Below, piece by piece: positions 46,973 through 53,764 of a DNA stretch of 59,197 nt. The DNA is taken from IMG/VR virus record IMGVR_UViG_3300027985_000657, positions 1-59,197 of that record; one strand, written 5' to 3'. The stretch comes from a virus (taxonomy: Duplodnaviria > Caudoviricetes). The notes beneath the pieces are model-generated. The model was not told where the DNA came from and made no database searches. It was given only the letters and a program-made list of their open reading frames with translations. The translations under genes were made by a program, and so were the position numbers. How positions within the stretch are numbered: position 1 is the first letter of the stretch; every line of letters begins with the position of its first letter.

Positions 46973-48239
46973 TTTGATTTTCTCCATCTTCTGCATCAGA
47001 CTTGCTAGGGCCCGGTGCTTTTTCTTCTTTTTTAACTTCAACAGGTTTTTGTTCTTCAACCTTTTCGTTAAGATTCTTGTTTCTAAGCTCATCAGCTCTT
47101 GGATCTTTACTTGGTTTCATACCAATAATCTGTCTAATTTCATTAGAAGACATGATTTCATTCCGAGTAAATTTGTCTGCAATCTCAGCTAACTTCGATA
47201 CAGTAACTAAACGGAATGGGTCATTGAAATACGTAACCACGTGACCCTGTGTTCTAGCAGTTTTAGTAAGAAATTTTCTACTAAATTCCAAGGTAATCGC
47301 AGCAACAATTGGTTCAATTGTTCGGTTCATGTAATTTAACATTACTTCTTCGCTTGCAGATCCATCTAAAATTGCATCATTAATACCTAACTGGCCATAT
47401 AGCATACTCGTCAAATATTCAATCTGTTTTAATAGATTGTTCTCTACAGAACGATTGAGTTGCGTTATCTTTTCGGATCCATCAGTATAAGCAATACCGA
47501 ATTTAGAACCGGCTAATTGTGTTTCAATGTCTTTTCTTCTATTTTCAGCTTGTAATCTTCTTGCTTCTGTTTTAATAATGTAAGGAAGCTGAATAATTAA
47601 ATCTAATTTACCAGAGCCAGATTGTTCATCTATTACATCCAGTATATTTAGCTTGCTAATTAGTCTTTGCAATACTGAATTTTTCTCATTCATTACTGCA
47701 TAATACGGATTTTCAATGATAGCTGTTGACTTTTTAGGAACAATAATTGTTTCCTTTATGCCTTTTTTATCATTATATGCCTCTACTTCAATGTTATCAG
47801 GGAACCATCGTAGAATTTTTGCAGTTCTCATTGAATATATGTTAAATGTTCCTTCTGAAATGTTTACATCTGTGTCAATTGGCACAACTGCTACAACACC
47901 TTCATCAAATAAAGACATTACAATATCTTGGACAAATGCTCTTGCTTGTTGATCCTTGTTTGCTGCGTTTCGCAAGCATTCACCAAGTGAACTGTTAATT
48001 TCTTCAACAAAACGTTTGTTTTCATCAAGTTTTACGTGATTTAATTGAATAGTTGAACAGTCAATAGCGATTTTGTTATAAATTGCGGTAACAATCGACT
48101 TTTCATTACCTCTTGAAAATCTTACCCTATCAGGTCTGTACGTTGAAGAGTAACCTAAACTGTAATCTCTGACTATGGGTTTGGTACTATCAGAACGAAA
48201 CGCATCCCATGCATGCATAAGTTTGTCTAATACGCTCAT
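46965..48239 (-). CDS. Portal protein (HK97-like)
   Basis: IYNKIAID, N..Q...F, TIEPI, NEIRQIIG..P; located between TerL and the capsid; start MSVLDK. Confidence 0.9.
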   Translation of the reverse strand: MSVLDKLMHAWDAFRSDSTKPIVRDYSLGYSSTYRPDRVRFSRGNEKSIVTAIYNKIAIDCSTIQLNHVKLDENKRFVEEINSSLGECLRNAANKDQQARAFVQDIVMSLFDEGVVAVVPIDTDVNISEGTFNIYSMRTAKILRWFPDNIEVEAYNDKKGIKETIIVPKKSTAIIENPYYAVMNEKNSVLQRLISKLNILDVIDEQSGSGKLDLIIQLPYIIKTEARRLQAENRRKDIETQLAGSKFGIAYTDGSEKITQLNRSVENNLLKQIEYLTSMLYGQLGINDAILDGSASEEVMLNYMNRTIEPIVAAITLEFSRKFLTKTARTQGHVVTYFNDPFRLVTVSKLAEIADKFTRNEIMSSNEIRQIIGMKPSKDPRADELRNKNLNEKVEEQKPVEVKKEEKAPGPSKSDAEDGENQNG

Positions 48240-48240
48240 A

Positions 48241-48726
48241 CTAGTTACCTCCCTTTCCAGAATCTTGCATGTCAACCTTGTTAGTTTTATATGCTACTCT
48301 ACCATTTTCCCATACACCATTTTTAAGCTGATTAATGTCATATCCTTGATCAGCTAATGCCATATGGACACCGATTTGGCCCCTCTTTGCAACCCATTCT
48401 ACTATTTTACCTGACGGTGACCTAATATCCTTGGTTTTTGTTCGAAGTACTTCAGCCAAATGTTTATTGTACGTATTAATAAGAGTTCGTTTACCCATTT
48501 GTTGACCTGATTTTTGTAATTCTTTAATGTATTCCTTCATTTCAGGCTTGGATTCTTTTAGTGCTTTTTCATACACCTTATCGGATTTTCGTTTAACCCA
48601 TTTTTCATCCAATTTTTGATATCGTCTAACTCCAGCAGGCGTTAGAGATCCATCATCATTCTGGTAACGTCTTATTCCCCATCGTTGACCTTTAATACCA
48701 TGATGGACTAGATATGTTTTTATCAT
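48241..48726 (-). CDS. HHGIKGQRWG-motif small basic head-region protein 3
   Basis: YLVHHGIKGQRWGIRRYQNDDGSLTPAG.RRY. Confidence 0.8.
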   Translation of the reverse strand: MIKTYLVHHGIKGQRWGIRRYQNDDGSLTPAGVRRYQKLDEKWVKRKSDKVYEKALKESKPEMKEYIKELQKSGQQMGKRTLINTYNKHLAEVLRTKTKDIRSPSGKIVEWVAKRGQIGVHMALADQGYDINQLKNGVWENGRVAYKTNKVDMQDSGKGGN

Positions 48727-48727
48727 T

Positions 48728-50473
48728 TCATTCGAACGCCTCCTTATTTTGTTTAAAGGCAATAAAAGCATCCATTAAGGCTGCTACATTGTCAATTTTT
48801 GCTTCATGACGTTTCTTGTAAAGTTTTCTATTACCATTTGTATCTTCAAGAGTAATAGAATTACCCATTGCGAATGTCATTAATTCTTCATCATGCAAAA
48901 GTTTTCTTTCTTCTGCAAGTTTTTTCAATTCCCCTAGAGGAACTGATTCTGTTTTAGAACCTTGAATAACTTTTACTATTCCGAATGGACCATTTTCAGT
49001 TTGCCATCTTTCAACAAACTCTTTTGCATTATAAGGGTCAAATCCAAGGGCTCTCACATCATAATTTGCTTCGGCGATGTGATTGTCAATGTCCTCATAT
49101 ACTAACATCATGTCTAGAATAGTTCCATCCATGACCATTAATGATCCTTCTTTCATAAACTCCTCATACTTAAACCTCATTGCTGTAGGCAATCGTTGAA
49201 GAGTAAATTCACTAATATAACTTCGTGTTTTAACCCCAAATTCACCATTAGATAATGGGAAAAGGAATGTAAATGCACAAAAGTCATCTCCTTGAGACAA
49301 GTCAACACCAAGTGCACATGGTAATCCCCAAAAAGTTTTCTTTGAATGAGGTAATGTTTCTTCATACGTAAAATAGTATGTAAACCCCTCCATTGGTATA
49401 CCAAATCTCTTTGCAAGTATGTCATTTCGGACTGCTGGGGCTTTTTCAGCTCTTTCCACATCTAGTAAATATGTTTCATATGAAACTGTTTTACCTAAAT
49501 TAGGATTTGCTTTGATCCACATATCTGGATCGGCAACCTCATCAATATTATCTAAACGATAGTACCAGATTGATACATGCGGATTCACATATTCACCTTT
49601 TAAGATGTCTAATAATTCCATTTTGATTGTATCACCTGATCCATTACGAACAGTACCTTCTGAAGAGACTGCAACAATTAAATAATCATCGACTTTCGAA
49701 GCTCCTTGTTCAATTGCACCAACTACATCTTCTCTAACATCCCCGGACAACCACTCATCAATAGTTGCTATCTTACATCTTAAACCTTGAAGTTTATCGA
49801 TTCTCATCGGTCTGATTTCAAGTAAAGATCCAGTTAAGAAATTCTCAATTCCCTTTTTTGTAGATGCTAATTTTACTCTATTTGCTTTTGAACCAGTTGT
49901 GTTTTGTAAAGATCCTTCTGTTAAGAACTTAAACAACGGCCCTTTTGAACGAATAATTGAAGTTTTTATTGGTGACATTACTTCATCTGCTTGTTTCATG
50001 GTTGGGGCAGTAGTAATCTGATAAGTTGTTGTAGGATCAATATTAAGAAAATAGCTTTGTATTTCAGATGCATACATTGATTTTGCAGCACCACGAGAAA
50101 CTATTAAATATTGTTTATTTACGAGTCTTTTTTTAATCATTTTCTTTTCATAATGACCATGTTTATCGTTTATACCTTTAACATAGATACTTCGTTCTAC
50201 GAAATAGTACCAACCAAATATTTGTTCTGCCCATAGTTTAAATGAATCCAACATTTTTAAATCAGATCCATCTGTTAGTGTTGTTTCTTTTTCACAATAC
50301 TCAATAAACCCGTTTATTGCCAGGTCATCATAGTAAATCCCCGGATTTGCAATAAGCTCGTCAATCCGATTCATTTCTAGAGAGATCTCCCTACATACAG
50401 GCATATCGCCTCTAAGCACGGCATCTCTGAATTCACCATAATACTTAGGCGTTGCTGTATTAGATAGTCCCAT
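48728..50473 (-). CDS. terL: Terminase large subunit
   Basis: VSRGAAKS Walker A variant, IDEW Walker B, GVDLS..DD RNase H-like motif, FDPYN, KIDNVAA.MDA. Confidence 0.92.
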   Translation of the reverse strand: MGLSNTATPKYYGEFRDAVLRGDMPVCREISLEMNRIDELIANPGIYYDDLAINGFIEYCEKETTLTDGSDLKMLDSFKLWAEQIFGWYYFVERSIYVKGINDKHGHYEKKMIKKRLVNKQYLIVSRGAAKSMYASEIQSYFLNIDPTTTYQITTAPTMKQADEVMSPIKTSIIRSKGPLFKFLTEGSLQNTTGSKANRVKLASTKKGIENFLTGSLLEIRPMRIDKLQGLRCKIATIDEWLSGDVREDVVGAIEQGASKVDDYLIVAVSSEGTVRNGSGDTIKMELLDILKGEYVNPHVSIWYYRLDNIDEVADPDMWIKANPNLGKTVSYETYLLDVERAEKAPAVRNDILAKRFGIPMEGFTYYFTYEETLPHSKKTFWGLPCALGVDLSQGDDFCAFTFLFPLSNGEFGVKTRSYISEFTLQRLPTAMRFKYEEFMKEGSLMVMDGTILDMMLVYEDIDNHIAEANYDVRALGFDPYNAKEFVERWQTENGPFGIVKVIQGSKTESVPLGELKKLAEERKLLHDEELMTFAMGNSITLEDTNGNRKLYKKRHEAKIDNVAALMDAFIAFKQNKEAFE

Positions 50474-50484
50474 ATTATTTCACA

Positions 50485-50955
50485 CTACTTACCGGATCTA
50501 TTTTGTTTTGCGATTACTTGTTTTCTTGTTTGTGGCTTACCAGTAAATGTTTCTGGAGTAGGTCCCATACCAGTTGAATTAAATGTTCTATTACTATTTG
50601 CTATAACGAAACTTTTTGCTCCTGAAGCAACTATAACAGAGCCAATAAGTGTTGATAAAATTGCATCATTTAACAATTTTTTACCACTTTTTGTTGATAG
50701 ATTTGTTTTATTAATTTTGGCTTTTACAATAGCAGTAACACCTTTTGCCACAACGGCTGTTCCGGCAATAGTTTTTAATGTACCTCTATTAATTCTACTT
50801 CTTCTATAACTTTCTTTCATATTTACAGTTCCGTCTTCATTTACGTCATAGCGTTTTTTACCAAGAGGAGTAAGACTTCCATCTTCGTTTTGGAAACGTC
50901 TAATTCCCCAACGTTGGCCTTTAATACCATGATGGACCAAATATGTTTTATGCAT
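50485..50955 (-). CDS. HHGIKGQRWG-motif small basic head-region protein 2
   Basis: YLVHHGIKGQRWGIRRFQNEDGSLTPLGKKRY; two hydrophobic segments. Confidence 0.8.
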   Translation of the reverse strand: MHKTYLVHHGIKGQRWGIRRFQNEDGSLTPLGKKRYDVNEDGTVNMKESYRRSRINRGTLKTIAGTAVVAKGVTAIVKAKINKTNLSTKSGKKLLNDAILSTLIGSVIVASGAKSFVIANSNRTFNSTGMGPTPETFTGKPQTRKQVIAKQNRSGK

Positions 50956-50956
50956 A

Positions 50957-51481
50957 TTATTTCCCTCCTTTATTGCCAAGTTTTATTTTGTTAATTTCAC
51001 CTACGGTGATAGCAATACTTGCACCAATTGCAACAGCGGCGCCAACTGTTTGTAAAATTTCACGGGTCCAATCAGCTCCGGATCGAATTCTTTTTGTATC
51101 ACCAGTTAATTCGCCGTAACTACGTTCCATGCTTAAGCGGTTGATTCTTTGTCTAATTTCAGCATCAGATAATTTGCTATAATCGGCGTTGTTAACAATT
51201 TTTGATTTGTTTTTTCCGACATTACCAATCGCAGTATCTAATGTATTTATAGATTTTGATGTTCCTTCAAGAATAGCTTTTGCAGCATCCGCATCTGCTT
51301 TACGATAATCGGCTTCAAGTTGTTTTTTACCTGTCTGATTGACTATTGAATTCCCATGTTCATTTGAATTCCCATAGCGTTTTTTTCCAAGATCTGTTAG
51401 TGTGCCATCAGGGTTTTGGTAACGTCTGACACCCCATCGTTGACCTTTAATCCCGCTATGAAATAAGTATAATTTAATCAT
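50957..51481 (-). CDS. HSGIKGQRWG-motif small head-region protein 1
   Basis: YLFHSGIKGQRWGVRRYQNPDGTLT..GKKRY; LSD.E....I.RL..E..Y repeat unit; C-terminal hydrophobic helix. Confidence 0.8.
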   Translation of the reverse strand: MIKLYLFHSGIKGQRWGVRRYQNPDGTLTDLGKKRYGNSNEHGNSIVNQTGKKQLEADYRKADADAAKAILEGTSKSINTLDTAIGNVGKNKSKIVNNADYSKLSDAEIRQRINRLSMERSYGELTGDTKRIRSGADWTREILQTVGAAVAIGASIAITVGEINKIKLGNKGGK

Positions 51482-51485
51482 TGCA

Positions 51486-51884
51486 TTATTCCTCCTCATC
51501 CACAACGAGCGTTGCTAAATATGCTTGATATGCGGCAATGTCTTCTTCTGTAAATAATCTATATTCCATCTCTTCTATAGATCTCTTCATAGCATCTAAA
51601 ACATTACCATTGCTCGGCGGATCAAAAATCATTTTGACTTTAAGAGCAACATATGATTTAATTTGTTGAGATTTCATGGGATCAGTAAGTGTGTAACTAT
51701 CCCATGTTTCATCATAACCAGTTATTACAAATCCGGCAAGTGGACCTATGCCCATTTGCGTAAGATTGCTAAAAACAGTATTGATATGAATCAATATGTC
51801 TTGGTCAAATGAGTCATATTCTTTTGACAATCCTAATATTTTTTTCACACTTTCTAGGATTGATGCAATTACCAGATCAGCCAT
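51486..51884 (-). CDS. Putative head-tail connector (gp6/gp15-like)
   Basis: SIL.SVKK.LG....FD.DI..HIN...L.Q.G...FDPP...E.EYRL. Confidence 0.65.
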   Translation of the reverse strand: MADLVIASILESVKKILGLSKEYDSFDQDILIHINTVFSNLTQMGIGPLAGFVITGYDETWDSYTLTDPMKSQQIKSYVALKVKMIFDPPSNGNVLDAMKRSIEEMEYRLFTEEDIAAYQAYLATLVVDEEE

Positions 51885-51890
51885 GATCTA

Positions 51891-52316
51891 TTACCCGATT
51901 TTGATGTAGTCTTTTAAACAATAACCAACCAAATCATGAGATCCATTATTAAATGATACCTCATAAAATGACTCTGTTGAATTGTCTAGGTTAATTACAA
52001 CTTCTGTTCCGGCAGGAATTTGAGCAAGTTCTCTTGTTCTGATGTTTGCACCTTCACGAAGACGTAATGCATTGCAATTTGCAATTACACCTTTGGTTGT
52101 TCCGAGTTTTTTCTTTCGAGATGGTTTTTCTGGAGCAACAACATGCGGAGGTGTTTCTTCTACAGGAGTTTCCACTTCTGGAGTTTCTTCTACCGGAGTT
52201 TCAACTACTTCTGGAGTTTCTTCTACAGGAGTTTCAACAACTTCTGGAGTTTCTTCTACCGGAGTTTCAACTACTGGTGCATCTTCTTTAGAAGCACTTG
52301 TGTTTTGTTTAGCCAT
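51891..52316 (-). CDS. Acidic repeat protein with C-terminal SH3b-like domain
   Basis: PVEETPEVVET repeats, then LRLREGA...IPAGTEV...FYEV...GYC...YI. Confidence 0.75.
   Translation of the reverse strand: MAKQNTSASKEDAPVVETPVEETPEVVETPVEETPEVVETPVEETPEVETPVEETPPHVVAPEKPSRKKKLGTTKGVIANCNALRLREGANIRTRELAQIPAGTEVVINLDNSTESFYEVSFNNGSHDLVGYCLKDYIKIG
52150..52277 (-). repeat. Coding ~33-bp tandem repeats (VETPVEETPEV)
   Basis: About 4 copies of GAAACTCC(G/T)GTAGAAGAAAC-type units. Confidence 0.85.
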
Positions 52317-52337
52317 TTTAAATTCTCCTTCTTTAGT

Positions 52338-52760
52338 TTATTTTTTCCACGGACAATGATCATTATGTGTTCTTGTAACTATTCGTCTACTGTCAACATA
52401 ACTTTTAGATCCGTAATGGATAGCATTATGAGTATCTAATGAAACACATATAAGATACTCGGGATTTAATAAATCATTATCAGAATTTAATATGTCTTCT
52501 GGTGATATTGGATTCATATGATGCACATGAATTGTTCCAAAAATATCCTCACCATCTAAACCCATGTCACACCCATTATCTCTGAGTATAACTAAGTCTC
52601 TGACACGTTTCCATTCTTGTGATTTGTATAGTTGTTGATTTAAATATCTGTCAAAACCAAATGTGTCGGCTCCAACTTTTCCAGATAAGGATAAATAATC
52701 AAATCGTTCTTCATACGTTTCTAACTGACACAGTTCGGTATATGATCTAATATTCTTCAT
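52338..52760 (-). CDS. HNH endonuclease (packaging-associated)
   Basis: W..VRD.V..RD..C...HVHHMNP....L.....H..IH; next to the TerS-like gene. Confidence 0.85.
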   Translation of the reverse strand: MKNIRSYTELCQLETYEERFDYLSLSGKVGADTFGFDRYLNQQLYKSQEWKRVRDLVILRDNGCDMGLDGEDIFGTIHVHHMNPISPEDILNSDNDLLNPEYLICVSLDTHNAIHYGSKSYVDSRRIVTRTHNDHCPWKK

Positions 52761-53106
52761 TGTCATCATTCCCCTCACTACCAGCATATATACGCATTGC
52801 TTTAATTGCCTCTCCATAAAGTTCTTCAATTCTCTTAGTAGAACGAATTGACTCTGTCTTGGCAATTAATAATTCTTTTTCTAGCTCCTTAATCTCACTA
52901 TCTTGTTTCTTTTTACTAGAACCGAGCATTAAATAGTGAGTGATTACTTGAGAAGAGGCGGTACCGTCCAACAATTGCTTTCTAGCTAAATCAACTGCTA
53001 GAGAAATCATCTGTTGCTCGTCAGCCTCTGGTGTTAACGCTGGTCGGATTGTCTTAACAGGCTTACTATTAGCAGACGTCCGAGCTTGTCCAGTACTTCG
53101 AGGCAT
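52747..53106 (-). CDS. Putative terminase small subunit-like protein
   Basis: First gene after the GC-rich cos-like site; PALTPE..E.Q.I.LA..LA..QL..GTASSQVI pattern; function inferred from position. Confidence 0.5.
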   Translation of the reverse strand: MPRSTGQARTSANSKPVKTIRPALTPEADEQQMISLAVDLARKQLLDGTASSQVITHYLMLGSSKKKQDSEIKELEKELLIAKTESIRSTKRIEELYGEAIKAMRIYAGSEGNDDNEEY

Positions 53107-53133
53107 GATACCCCTCCTTTCGGTGTAGTTTGT

Positions 53134-53260
53134 TTAAGTATCTAAGCAGATATATAGTATATCCGAACACTTGTATTGTGGTTTTTAGAAGGAAAGGAGA
53201 ACTTAGAAAGAAGAATATCCCTTGAATGTCAGATTCCTATATACCTGACTAGATACTTAA
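53134..53260 (-). ncRNA. Long hairpin whose loop is antisense to the phage's extended RBS
   Basis: Perfect 11-bp TTAAGTATCTA/TAGATACTTAA stem plus further helices; minus-strand loop reads CTTTCTAAGTTCTCCTTTCCTTCTAAAA. Confidence 0.55.
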
Positions 53261-53283
53261 GGTTAAAAACATGTCTCCAAAAA

Positions 53284-53360
53284 CCCCCCCCGGGGAAATT
53301 TTGAAGGGCGGGGCGATGCCGGAGGGGGGTGTAATTTCCGAAGACCCCCCGTCGGTGCCC
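53284..53360. other. GC-rich island, probable cos/packaging site
   Basis: Extreme GC island with C/G runs in an AT-rich genome, upstream of the TerS-like and HNH genes; minus strand reads CGCCCCGCCCT at 53315-53305. Confidence 0.6.
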
Positions 53361-53477
53361 ACAAAGTGGTGAAAGTACTTGAATAATTGTTATTAATGGC
53401 AATTTTTAAGTTCAGTCAAGAACACCTAACATTATTCTATTCAATTTTGATGTAAAAACATACACCTTATTTTACAA

Positions 53478-53762
53478 TTAATTTTTATTTTTAGTTTCTT
53501 TAATAACTTTTTTAAATTCTATGATTTCACCTTGTTTATTTATGGCGCCCGTCTTAATTAGTTGGTCTATGCCATGGTTAACAGACTCATAGATTTCTTC
53601 ATCAGTCATTGAATCACTAAGAAATGTTATACTTGCTAATCTACCACATGTATTATAGCCAGCATTGGTATCAAATAATAGCCATTGTTCCCAGTGTGTG
53701 AAAGGATTATATGGATTGTCTGCTGTTGTTACACGTAGTTCTTTATTGTTATATGCGGACAT
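53478..53762 (-). CDS. Small conserved protein following the RNA polymerase-like gene
   Basis: TT.DNPYNPF...W..FD...GY.T...LA; strong RBS, starts 2 nt after the upstream stop. Confidence 0.75.
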   Translation of the reverse strand: MSAYNNKELRVTTADNPYNPFTHWEQWLLFDTNAGYNTCGRLASITFLSDSMTDEEIYESVNHGIDQLIKTGAINKQGEIIEFKKVIKETKNKN

Positions 53763-53764
53763 AA

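Noticed and set aside
52150-52277. Regular ~33-bp repeats suggesting a CRISPR array
   Set aside because: Tandem in-frame coding repeats with no unique spacers; no cas genes. The Cas4-like nuclease at 56737 is a common stand-alone phage gene.
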